DNA from: Octopus sinensis
Lineage: Eukaryota
Direction: 5' to 3'
NCBI RefSeq assembly: GCF_006345805.1
Contig: NC_043006.1
Location: 69,378,001-69,442,000, forward strand
Length of the DNA stretch: 64,000 bases
Shown: piece by piece, positions 1 to 12,640 of the stretch
Numbering within the stretch: position 1 is the first letter of the stretch
How the letters are laid out: every line of letters begins with the position of its first letter
The notes under the pieces: model-generated
Seen by the model: the letters and a program-made list of their open reading frames with translations, nothing else
What the model was told of the DNA's origin: nothing
Database searches by the model: none
Translations under genes and position numbers: made by a program

Positions 1-84
1 TATATTTATTTTATGTTTGGTTTATGTCTATCACTGTTTGAGTTGCCTAATAGTGGTTTTATCTCTAATTTAAATTATTTATAT

Positions 85-2590
85 TTATAACCTCACCAAC
101 GCCTTATTCATGGAGCAAGTTGTAACTCAAACCAACTAGGGCGAATAACATTCTGGATCTCTGCTTCACGAACATATGGACATCATTATGATGTGAAAGT
201 GACACCGACATTAGTTTCGGATCACACCATAATAGAGCTGTCTATGTTTGGGCCAAAAGTAACCAGAGATATACAGCCTAAAGGAAGCACCCGAAATCTC
301 TCCAATCTGAACTTCACAAAGCAGATTGGAAATCGATCCAAAAAAAGAGATCTCAGAGAGGACTGGCCGGAATGTCTCTCACACCAGACATTGACATGAA
401 ACTAGAATGTTTCATGTCTTCTGTGCAAGCCGTATGCCAGAAATATGTCCCAGAGCACAAGGCCAAAACAAATAGAAGCAAGATTCCAAGAGACAGGAAG
501 ATCCTCATGAGACGACGGACGAAGGATGCAAATCGTCTCAACCAACATCCTAAAAGAAGCGAAACGTCCCGCCCAAAAACAACACTGATGGAGATCGGAA
601 AAAGGCTGCAACAATCCTATGTGAGGGAGAAAGCAGACAAAGAAGCCTGGGTTATAAAAAACATTAAATCAAACCCAAAGGCCTTCTTTCATTACGTGAA
701 AGAAACAGTGTCAGTACACTACAAGATAGGAAGCCCCCTCCAAAAGGATGGCTCCCTCACAGACAGTCCAACTAAGATCAGTGAGATGCTGAATGACCAG
801 TTCAAAAGTGTCTTTACCACCCCGTTGGGACACAGACAAGTGAACAAACTAGTGGACTTCTTTGCCGCCTCACCTATAACCAGCGAGGCGGTTACAATAG
901 AATGTATTGACATTAGCGAAGATGTCCTACTAGCCATAGATGAAGTGGACACAAACTCAACTGCTGGTCCAGATGGTTTCCCAGCAATCCTCCTCAAAGC
1001 GTGTAAGCATGCCCTGGCAAAACCACTCAAGATTCCCTTCCAGAGCTTTCTTACAAATGACAAACTGCCAAGCAAGCTGAAGGAGGGAATAATATGCCCA
1101 ATACATAAAGGGGGAAGTAGAGCAGATGCCAAAAACTATAGGCCTGTCTCTCTGACTTCACACATCAGCAAAGTCATGGAACAGATAGTCAGAAAGAAAC
1201 TAATCGCATTCCTTGAGGAAAATAACTTGCTGAGTGATACCCAGCATGGTTTTCGACCAGGTAGGAACTGCCTGACCCAGCTCTTACAACATTATGACTG
1301 GGTGTTGAGGCAGTTACTCAACAAATCAAATGTGGACGTAATCTACCTTGATTTTGCAAAAGCTTTTGACAAGGTGGATCATGGTATGATATGCCACAAA
1401 CTGCGTAACCTTGGCATAGCTGGAAAACTTGGAGTGTGGTAACATGACTTCCTGAAAGATAGGAGTCAGGCAGTAGTGGTTAATGGAGCCACCTCTATGA
1501 ACACAAAATAGTAAGTGGTGTTCCACAAGGCACTATCTTGGGACCACTACTTTTTATAGTGGCCCTCTCAGATATGCACTCAAATGCCCGGATAGCCACT
1601 CTGGCAAGCTATGCAAACGATACGAAAGTCTCGCAGAAAATACAGAACCCCAGCGATGTTGCACACCTGCAGCAGGAGTTGGACTCAATCTACAGATGGG
1701 CTGAGGATAATAATATGCAGTTTATTGCTGAAAAATTCCGGGCCCTGCACTACCAGCATCCAAAACTGAATATTAAACTTACAGGATACACCGGTCCACA
1801 GGGAATTTCAATCCCAGAGCCTAAGTCTGTGACGGACCTGGGTATCAACATGAGTGAGGATACCTCTTTCCAAGTTCACATTACCAGGATGGCGAAAAAG
1901 TGCAGACGACTGGCTGGATAGATCCTAAGAACATTCAGAACCAGAGATAAGGAAACCATGATGGTCCTCTGGCGGAAATTCGTCCTCAGCCGCATTGATT
2001 ACTGTTCACAGCTATGGTCACCCACCAGTGTGAAATTAACAGCGGACCTTGAAGCAACCCAGAGAGGATTCACAAAGAAGATCGTCTCTTTGCAACAGCT
2101 CAGCTACTGGGAAAGGTTGAAACAGCTAAGACTCTACTCCCCGGAGAGAAGACGGGTGAGGTATGCAGTAATATATGTCTGGAAGATCCTGGAAGGAATT
2201 GTGCCAAATTTTGGCATTGTAAGCTACACCAATGCTAGAACGGGACGACACTGCATAGTGCCAAAGATCCCAGCAATGCCACCACGCTTCAGGACGAGCT
2301 TCTGCAACAGCTTGGATTTCAAGGGCCCACAGCTTTTTAATATTCTCCCAAAGAGTCTGAGGAACTTGCACAAAGTAGATATAGCGGTTTTTAAATCAAA
2401 GCTGGACATCTTTCTGTCGAGAGTCCCAGATGAACCTACCTCACGGCAAGAGGTGCAAATGAGAGTAGCTATATCAAACTCCATTCTTCACCAAGTGCCA
2501 CATATTGGAGGAGGCTCTTCGTAATAACAGTGTAGCACAAAACGGCGGTGCATCAGCATGGCCGTAGATCTGAGCTGAAACAAAAAAAAA
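85..2590 (+). mobile_element. 5'-truncated, decayed CR1/L2-superfamily LINE (end of APE endonuclease, RT, 3' UTR)
   Basis: PTRANNILDLCFTN and SDH endonuclease motifs (about 140-235). ORF 372-1442 has YRPVSLTS, QHGFRPGR and YLDFAKAFDKVDH. GVPQGTILGPLLF and YAND (YADD) follow at about 1515-1620. ORF 1958-2524 has the CR1-like C-terminus LEATQRGFTK..LSYWERLKQLRLYS. Stops at 1440 and 1919 plus frameshifts. 3' stem-loop and A tail at 2545-2590. Confidence 0.93.
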
Positions 2591-2912
2591 TTATATATAT
2601 AACAAAGTAAAGTTGTAAAATAATGCTCGAGTGGAAATATATATGAAAGAAGGTTTGAAAATACAATTTTAAAGATATTTATTCACTTGATTGGTTTCAC
2701 TTTTTTAGAAAAAGTTTGACGAAAGAAGAATGTAAAGCCTTGTAAAAGTTTTGTTATGTTAAGTACTGGTTCTCACAAAATTATTAAAATACATTTATAC
2801 ATTCTTTGATAATACCAAGAAAATGTTAAAAACAGTTTACAATAAAATATTTAAGAAAATATTCAACAAAAAAGTATTAGGAGTTCAATATAAATCATGT
2901 TTGTTTGGTAGC

Positions 2913-3011
2913 ATATATATATATATATATAATATATATATATACACAGAGGGATGTATGTTTGAGATTTTTTTGTTTTGAGTGTAGCTAAAGATATATA
3001 TATATACACAC

Positions 3012-3051
<40 letters not shown>

Positions 3052-3098
3052 GGGAGGGAGGGAGAGAAAGCGAGGATGATAGATAGATAGATAGATAG

Positions 3099-3149
<51 letters not shown>

Positions 3150-3170
3150 CACATAGATAGATAGATATTG
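2913..3170. repeat. Compound microsatellite (TA)n/(GA)n/(GATA)n
   Basis: Read directly; it explains the spurious YIYI/YLSI ORFs. Confidence 0.95.
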
Positions 3171-3811
3171 CTTTAGACATAGATAAAAGCAGGTAGAAAT
3201 ATGTACACGTTTAGCCACATCATCAGCAAGAGCGCAGATGAGATATTTGTTGGAAATAACTTCGTTTACGTACGGTAGTGACTGGCACCTCGAAACAGAT
3301 TTGCCAGAGAATTTATTATATTTTGATGCTTACAAAAACCATTATTTTGCTTTACGTAAACGAAGAGAATACAACAAAATATTATTTCCAAGAACTTCCT
3401 CTTTCGCTGTCATTCAGATGACGTAATTACATGTGTTCATAATTTCCAATGCATTTCTTTTATACAAAGATAATTACGTTCAGCGTAAACAAATATATTT
3501 TATCATTACATTTATGTCTTGATTGATATATTGTAGAATGTTGGCGCGTTGGCGGTAGAGCCCTCGGCACAGAATATAATGTGTTTCTCCTCGTTAATGG
3601 AATGCAATGGAAAATGAACTTGATAGTGAACATGAAAACTCTCGGAAGTGTAGCTGTTAAAAGAGGTAGTTTCTAAGGTAAATCTATCTTCTTTTTGTTA
3701 TTTATTATCGTACTTATACCTACCCCAGTGACTCTCAGATGAGTCCTTATGGCCTACAAGTTAGAGAAAAAGGCATCATCCGTACATCTTCCATGAATGA
3801 CTTAAAGAATA

Positions 3812-4323
3812 CCGTAAATCCTCGAGTATAGTCTGCCCTTGAGTATAATACGCAGTGAAATTTTAGGGGGCTGTACTTCTGAAATACCTAAACCTTGTGA
3901 ATAATACGCACCCCTTCTCTAACTTGAGTCAAGGAGGTTTATATAACGTCCTTAGTTTGTAAAAATGTATACGGTTACGTCCCTTATTATTATTGTATAT
4001 ATAACATAATGCAAACGTGTAGCTTTTTTGTGTATTTTGTTTGCAGAAAATAAAGAAATAACAGTAATAACGTTTAATAAATGTTGCTTACTGCAAGTTA
4101 TGGATGATTCTTTTATGACTTCATTGATATCAGGCTTAGCTTAAGGTATTTTCGCGCCCGACATCACAAAATGCGTCTCAATAAACATTGCCGGACAGCA
4201 AATAGAGACTCGGATATTGCTTAGGAAATAATTTTTATTTTAAACCTCGTATATAGTACGCACTAGGGATTTTGACCTTTAAATTTTGGGAAAAAAATGC
4301 GGATTATACTCGAGGATTTACGG
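3812..4323. mobile_element. MITE, Tc1/mariner-pogo type, 512 bp
   Basis: Perfect 19-bp TIRs (CCGTAAATCCTCGAGTATA at 3812-3830 and its reverse complement at 4305-4323), TA on both sides, no ORF. Confidence 0.85.
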
Positions 4324-4399
4324 TACTTATAAAGATGTCAATTAACTTTTTACAAACAGTAAAAGCCTTTTGCTGTGATATTGGCTTCAAACTTTGGCA

Positions 4400-4590
4400 C
4401 ATGGCCCGCAACCTTGGAGAAGGAATAAACTGATTACATCGACTCCAGTCCTTAACTGGTTCTTATTTTATCGACCTCTGAAGTATGAAAGCTGAAGTCG
4501 ACCTTGGCGGAATTTGAACTCCGAACGTAAAGACGGACGAAACGCCGTTCAGCATTTTGCCCGGATTGCTAACGCTTTTGTCAGCTTGCC
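4400..4590 (-). mobile_element. tRNA-derived SINE fragment (family B)
   Basis: Minus strand has an A-box-like GGCAAGCTGACAAAA and a B box GAGTTCAAATTCC; homologous to 17930, 33520, 37455, 45240, 55040 and 60420. Confidence 0.8.
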
Positions 4591-4815
4591 GTCTTATGCG
4601 TGTTGCAGCGATATTGGGATGGAGTTTTGTGTCTCCCAATGTGTGACTTTAGGTATGAAAAGGAGAGCGAAGAGACCATTTTAATAGACTTATGAGAGCG
4701 GGTTATAGAACCTGATGACAATGGATACAAGTATATACTTATTTGCATTTGTACTTGTGGTGGTATTCCCCCGGGGTGGGCGGATCCGGCTCCCTCCAAT
4801 GAGTTCGGAATTTCA

Positions 4816-5596
4816 GTGATCTCCTTTGGCGAACCGCAAAGTTATTTATCGTTCACCCTTGGCGAACCACTATGTTATTTTATCGATCTCGTTTGGCGAA
4901 CCGCAAAGTTATTTTATAGTTCTTCTTTGGCGAACCGCAGAGTTATTTCATCGATCGCCTTTCGCGAACCGCTAAGTTATTTTATCGATATCTCTGGCGA
5001 ACCGCTAAGTTATTTTATCGATCTCGTTTGGCGAACTGCTAGTTATTCTATCGATCTCTCTTGGCGAACCGCTAGGTTATTTTATCTATGTCATTTGGCG
5101 AACAACTAAGTTATTTTATCGAACTCCATTGGCGAACCGCTAAGTTATTTTATCGATCTTCTTTGGTGAACCGCTAATATTACTTTATCGATCTCCTTTG
5201 GCGAACCGCTAAGTTATTTAATTGATCTCGTTTGGCGAACCGCTAAGGTATATTATCGATCTCCTTTGGCGAACCGCTAAGTTATTTATCAATTCCTTTG
5301 ACGAACCTCTAAGTTATTTTATCGTTCTCTGTTGGCGAACCGCAAAGTTATTGTATCGATGTCGTTTGGCGAACCGCTAAGTTATTTTATCAATTCCTTT
5401 GGTGAACCTCTAAGTTATTTTTTCGATCTCGTTTCGCGAACCGCTAAGTTATTTTACTGACCTTCTTTGGTGGACCGCTAAGTTATTTTATCGATCTCAT
5501 TTGGCGAACCGCTAGTTTATTCTATCGATCCCTTGGCGAACCGCTAAGTTACTTTATCGATCGCCTTTGGCGAACCGCCAAGTTATTTTATCGATA
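4816..5596 (+). repeat. 34-bp minisatellite, about 23 diverged units
   Basis: Consensus TTATTTTATCGATCTCCTTTGGCGAACCGCTAAG, head-to-tail with no unique spacers. Confidence 0.93.
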
Positions 5597-5599
5597 AAA

Positions 5600-5735
5600 T
5601 GACTTAAGCGTTTTTTCAGTTTCCGTCAACTAAATCCATTCACAAGGCTTTATTCGGTCCAAAATGCCATACAGTGGAATCGAACCCTAGATCATGTGGT
5701 TGGGATGCAAGCTGTTTACCGCGCAGCCATGACAT
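5600..5735 (-). mobile_element. tRNA-SINE family A, degenerate head fragment
   Basis: ttcagtttccgtc..cacaaggcttt..gaaccc..atgtggttgg matches the other family A copies. Confidence 0.7.
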
Positions 5736-5949
5736 TCTATTTAGCATTCGATTTAATTTTAAATGGAGATCTCTTTCAGAAAATGTTGACCGTGCCGACG
5801 AAATCCTGTTGTTGACAGCAATCTCATTGTTGTTTAACGCTGATAATTTATTACTTACATTAGTTCCACTACATGCGTTACACATGCCATAAATAACTAT
5901 ACCTAGGTTTCGCTGTATCTCTTATCAGTAGTCAGGCACTTAATCTTGT

Positions 5950-8170
5950 CAAGATTATTCTGGAAACTTATTTGTTTGTATTTGTTACCAGGTGACTAAT
6001 GAAATCTGGAAGAAAAATAATGTTATTTTTTATAGCAGTAATATCTTCCGCATAACTGTTTAAAGATTATTTAGCCGCCGTAGAGAACCCAGTTCTATTT
6101 TCGTCTCCAGATTTTAATGTAATTTCGGCTAGTACAACACAGAAAAGAATAACTGTCAAAAGAACCCCTTGCTTAACACCTTTCATTCTGCCCACAAATA
6201 TAATTGTTCTAACATTTGTCGTTGTCGTAGATTGTGAAGCTTTATATAGAGATTTAAGGAGGATGCCGTATTTGTTCTGGATGGGGCTGCGTTCCAGGAC
6301 ATTCCAAAGTGATGAGAAGAGTCTGCCAAGCAATATGAATTGAGGTGAAAACAATATGAATTGAGTTACTGGATTGTGTTGCTGAATTGAATTTCAAGTT
6401 TATTATTTTGTATTTTGCTGCAAGGGAAACTCTTATTCTATTGTGCCTCTTCTAGATCGGTAGAAAATCTGATGAAAAAAAAAAATGACGTATTAAAAAT
6501 TTTTTTTTTCATTTGAGAAGTAACGATGGTCTTGAATAATTTCTTGATGTAACATAGATAGCTCATTAGTCAACTAGTTTGTGAATTTGCTCAGAATATT
6601 CATTTTGAAATCTACAGCAGTGCATGATCTCCCGAAAGACAATGGTTACATCAGCAGTTGCTAGAACGTTGTGAACAAGCTCAAGTAGAAAGTGGTCGAA
6701 CCTTCCGAGACTTAAAAAGCTTTTTAAAACCCTGCTTAAACATGATCAAGACCAACGCACCCTCTTTTTCGAGTCGGGCAGTTGATTTTAGCACCGCAGA
6801 TAATGCAAACGAGGGAATGTTGACTTAACCTTTATGTAGTTTTGTGAGGGTTATATTAGTATATGTGAAGACGCGTGGCCATGGTTAGGAAGTTGTACTC
6901 ACAATCGCTAGTCTGTGGTTTCGATTTCCAGATCGGCGATGTGTCGTATTCTTGAGCAAAACACACCATTTCACAGTGTTCCAGTTCACTCAGCTGTAAA
7001 AAGGTAACCCTGCGAGTGATTGGCATCCCATTCATTCAATGCAAAAGTTGGCCTGCCTGCCTGCCTAACCAGCATGGTTGCATCATTTAAAGGCTACAGC
7101 TATGCGAAGAAACGCACTGTGACCAGCGGCGTATAACCACACTTGATAGTCTGACCAATACAATGATACAGGGATACCGATATATTGTTCTTCCTAGAAA
7201 GGTATCCAAATTTCAAGGACATCATCCTTATTTGTTAAAAACAACTCCGTCTTCACCTTCGATTCACCAATCAATGGAATGTTTCATAGATTTAAGTACT
7301 TTAAATCCTAGAAGAATTATTTGTCTGACGGACGTTCACTAAGCTGATCACAGTCTGTTTAGAATTTTAAAAGATTATCTTTCTTAACTAGTTCCTTTTG
7401 CTTCAGCTTTTACTATTTTATACTCAATGGTGTTGTCACCAAGAGAGTTCAAAATAATCTTGTTTTCCATCTCGCTTTTACTTGCACTTGACAACCATTT
7501 CAGATAACATTCTTTCTTAGACAGGATGACAGGTTTTACTGTTTAAGTTAATTCAAACATTAAGCTTCTGAGAGGTCATTACATGCAATAAGGTCATTAC
7601 TGAGTAGGGGTAGTGGGAAGCAGTTATTAAGTTCAACTAAAAATCCTTGAACTTTTCCTATGTCTCTAAGACCTTCTGTGTGAAACTTGACAATAGCAAT
7701 TGCTCTTCTTTACCATATAAAGTTTGTATTTAAACAGCCGCCCATCCTCACCCCTGTGACCTGATATGTCAGGCATTTTTATAGAGAGACGTCAGACACG
7801 TTAAACATATCTAACTTATGGATGATTTGTATCTTAGTACAACCACCGGCAAAAATCCTTGTTTGGAGTGTTCCTTTCATGAAATGAGCGTCTATTATCG
7901 AGAGATTGCTATGTTGACTGGACATTGCTACATAGAAACCCTAAGTATTGTCTTGAGCTGTGCTATGTTTGCCAATGTACACAAGGTTTGTTAAATGAAG
8001 ACCACCAACTTTTACATTAAAATCACACCCGGAATGATAACATTGCATTCTGGAATTTTGTCAGAAATATTTTGGAATTAATCACATACTCTCCAATTCT
8101 TCGTCAGGCACTATGGACGTTGAGAAGCAGACCTGCAAGCGGGAGGTATTAGTCTTCCGTTTCTCATGTG
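5950..8170 (-). mobile_element. Heavily decayed RTE-type LINE (endonuclease plus RT remnants)
   Basis: Minus-strand GCDFNVKVGG (GDFNAKVG motif) at 8001-8030. KGVKQGVLLTVILFCVVL in ORF 6067-6354, and YAED (YADD) at about 6045-6060. Interrupted by a SINE. Confidence 0.75.
6870..7150 (+). mobile_element. tRNA-derived SINE, degenerate
   Basis: GCGTGGCC..TGGTTAG head and GGTTTCGATTTCC B box; related to 36508-36800. Confidence 0.7.
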
Positions 8171-8310
8171 TAAAACATTCTACAAAATAGGAGACATCCT
8201 TATTATTTAATTATATACACACACACACGCACACGCATGCATGCGTATGAACATGCATACATGTATACATATACATACATATAATATGTGTGTATGCATG
8301 TATGTATGTA

Positions 8311-8351
<41 letters not shown>

Positions 8352-8402
8352 CAGAGATAGGGAGAGAGAGCAAAAGATAGATATACACATATATACATAA
8401 AG

Positions 8403-8453
<51 letters not shown>

Positions 8454-8667
8454 TCAATTAGGGTAGCAAAAAATTCAGTAAAAATCTATCGCTACCAGCG
8501 GCCTGGTGGAAAAGAGAAAATAGTCAGAGACTAAATATATAAATATAACAATTTAGGAATGGCCTAAACAGGCCATTCGTCCACCAGAAAGAGCAGCCAG
8601 AACTCCAACCGCCAAGTAGTGTAATTCGGAAATAAGGTGAAAATTTAAAAACATTTACCCTAATTCA

Positions 8668-8768
8668 TCTTTTATACGATGCATCGTTTCAGTGTCTTTA
8701 ATGATAGACCAGCTTAATTAAATTAAATTAAGCTAGTCTACCATGGGTCACACTTCATCAGTAAAAGA
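8668..8768 (-). ncRNA. Type I hammerhead ribozyme, intact core (unit 1)
   Basis: Minus strand: ucuuuua CUGAUGA agugu [19-bp hairpin insert] acacu GAA ACGAUGCAUCGU A uaaaaga. Stem I 7 bp, stem II 5 bp, 12-nt palindromic stem III, GUA site (cut 8675/8674). Confidence 0.88.
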
Positions 8769-9140
8769 AACCTGGGAGAGACGGATATACACGAGGCGAC
8801 TGTATCAATGCCTCGGGAATATCTGTCTTAAAATTTTCAAGACTAACGCATTCGCGCCAAACTTATCGGCAGCAAATATAAACTACCGATTCAATCTCAG
8901 AATTAGTCAGAAAATTATCAATTAATCAATTTAGGGTAGCAAAAAATTCAGTAAAAATCTATCGCTACCAGCGGCCTGGTGGAAAAGAGAAAATAGTCAG
9001 AGACTAAATATATAAATATAACAATTTAGGAATGGCCTAAACAGGCCATTCGTCCACCAGAAAGAGCAGCCAGAACTCCAACCGCCAAGTAGTGTAATTC
9101 GGAAATAAGGTGAAAATTTAAAAACATTTACCCTAATTCA

Positions 9141-9240
9141 TCTTTTATACGATGCATCGTTTCAGTGTCTTTAATGATAGACCAGCTTAATTAATTAAAT
9201 TAAGCTAGTCTACCAGGGGTCACACTTCATCAGTAAAAGA
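9141..9240 (-). ncRNA. Type I hammerhead ribozyme, intact core (unit 2)
   Basis: Same motif as 8668-8768. Confidence 0.88.
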
Positions 9241-9609
9241 AACCTGGGAGAGACGGATATACACGAGGCGACTGTATCAATGCCTCGGGAATATCTGTCT
9301 TAAAATTTTCAAGACTAACGCATTCGCGCCAAACTTATCGGCAGCAAATATACCTACCGATTCAATCTCAGAATAGTCAGAAAATTATCAATTAATCAAT
9401 TTAGGGTAGCAAAAAATTCAGTAAAAATCTATCGCTACCAGCGGCCTGGTGGAAAAGAGAAAATAGTCAGAGACTAAATATATAAATATAACAATTTAGG
9501 AATGGCCTAAACAGGCCATTCGTCCACCAGAAAGAGCAGCCAGAACTCCAACCGCCAAGTAGTGTAATTCGGAAATAAGGTGAAAATTTAAAAACATTTA
9601 CCCTAATCA

Positions 9610-9709
9610 TCTTTTATACGATGCATCGTTTCAGTGTCTTTAATGATAGACCAGCTTAATTAAATTAAATTAAGCTAGTCACCATGGGTCACACTTCATC
9701 AGTAAAAGA
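9610..9709 (-). ncRNA. Type I hammerhead ribozyme, intact core (unit 3)
   Basis: Same motif as 8668-8768. Confidence 0.88.
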
Positions 9710-9980
9710 AACCTGGGAGAGACGGATATACACGAGGCGACTGTATCAATGCCTCGGGAATCTGTCTTAAAATTTTCAAGACTAACGCATTCGCGCCAAA
9801 CTTATCGGCAGCAAATATAAACTAAATATATAGCCATTAAAGACACTGAAACGATGATCGGTAGTTTTAGTTTATATTGCTGCCGATAAGTTTGGCGCGA
9901 ATGCTTAGTCTTGAAAATTTTAAGACAGATATTCCGAGGCATTGATACAGTCGCCTCGTGTAATCCGTCTCTCCCAGGTT

Positions 9981-10079
9981 TCTTTACTGATGAAGTGTGA
10001 CCCATGGTAGACTAGCTTAATTTAATTTAATTAAGCTGGTCTATCATTAAAGACACTGAACGATGCATCGTATAAAAGA
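9981..10079 (+). ncRNA. Type I hammerhead ribozyme in the inverted arm (one A missing from GAAA)
   Basis: tcttta CTGATGA agtgt..acact GAA cgatgcatcg TA taaaaga. The homopolymer deletions may be read errors. Confidence 0.72.
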
Positions 10080-11289
10080 TGAATTAGGGTAAATGTTTTT
10101 AAATTTTCACCTTATTTCCGAATTACACTACTTGGCGGTTGGAGTTCTGGCTGCTCTTTCTGGGGACGAATGGCCTGTTTAGGCCATTCCTAAATTTTGT
10201 TATATATAGTATATATATATATATATAATATATATATATACATGTGTGTATACATATTATACATTTATCTGTACATACATACATAGAAGCACACACACAT
10301 TCATATACACACATGTGTAAGTATGCATATATACAGTTAATTTTTTATTTCTATACATGTAAATATATGCGAATATTGTTTTTGTTATTGCCGATGAGGG
10401 CCCCGCTGTTGCTGTTGTAGTTGCTGGTGGTAGAGATGGTGGTGATGATATTGGTTGTGGTGGTGGGATGATGGCTGTACTATTCGCATTGGTTGTGGTG
10501 GTGGTGGGGTGCTGATGCCGGCCTACCGGAATGGAACTAAAGTCAGTCAGAACAGTGCAAACATACTTTCACACCATTGAATATATCAACATATTTCTGT
10601 GAGGAAAACGAAAGTGAAACTAAATGTAAAAATATTGTGATCACGTGATAGTACCTGATTAATGTTGTACATTTTCACCGCTGAATATTGGAAGTTTTAC
10701 TGTTTGCTTTGTGCACGTGCTTGTGCGTGTATATAGCTGTGTGATTATGTCTGTGTGCCCGTGAGTGTATGTGTATCCCTGAGTGTGTATAGGTATGTGT
10801 ATGGTGTGTGTGTGTGAGCGCGCGCGCGCGTCTGTTTGCGGATGGCTTTATGGAGCTGTAAGGTCTGAATGGTTTGCTTTCACTGTGTGTGTATGTGTGT
10901 GTGTGCGTGTGTGGTGTGTGTGTGTGTGTGTGTGTGTCTGATAATACTTGGTGTGTTGTGCAAGGGGAATTATGAACCTATATGCGTTTATTGTGAATGT
11001 ATGTGTGCGTACATTTTCATACACATATATATATATGTGTGTGCGTAAGTGTGTGCGTAAGTCCGTGCGTGTGTGTGCGTGCGAGAGCACGTGTGTGTGT
11101 ATGCAGTCTGAATGAGTTTTCTTTCATGAGAATGCACATATGAGTGAGTATTTGCTTCGATTTGTGAATTGTGTTATGTGTGTGCAGATCTTTCTTTGTA
11201 CGAGTGAGTGCGTATGCGTTTATATATAATGTCTATACATAGTTTCTGTGCCTATGTACAGGTATTGTGCATATTTATGTGTGTCCATG

Positions 11290-12285
<996 letters not shown>

Positions 12286-12294
12286 CTTTCTCTT

Positions 12295-12640
12295 TTTCTC
12301 TTTTTACTTGTTTCAGTCATTTTGACTGCGGCCATGCTGGAGCACCGCCTTTAATCGAGCAACTCGACCCCGAACCGCTAAGTAACGGGAACATAAACAC
12401 ACCAGCATCGGTTGTCAAGCAATGCTAGACACAGACACACAAACACACACACACATACATATATATATATACATATATACGACGGGCTTCTTTCAGTTTC
12501 TGTCTACCATATCCACTCACAAGGCTTTGGTCGGCCCGAGGCTATAGTAGAAGACACTTGCCCAAGATGCCACGCAGTGGGACTGAACTCGAAACCATGT
12601 GGTTGGTAAACAAGCTACTTACCACAAAGCCACTCTATCT
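12295..12640 (-). mobile_element. tRNA-SINE family A with internal (CA)n(TA)n tract
   Basis: Tail gactgcggccatgctggagcaccgcc at 12324-12349. Head on the minus strand has GAGTTCAGTCCC. An internal segment is deleted. Confidence 0.88.

Larger units (their letters stand above)
8452..10205. mobile_element. Non-autonomous HHR-bearing element: three tandem ~473-bp units plus an inverted partial copy (Penelope pLTR/retrozyme-like)
   Basis: Units start near 8452, 8924 and 9394 and are almost identical. Inverted arm at about 9857-10205. (TA)n-rich at both outer ends, one HHR per unit, no ORF. Confidence 0.85.

Noticed and set aside
4816-5596. CRISPR array
   Set aside because: No unique spacers, no cas genes and a eukaryotic context. 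The unit derives from a SINE.
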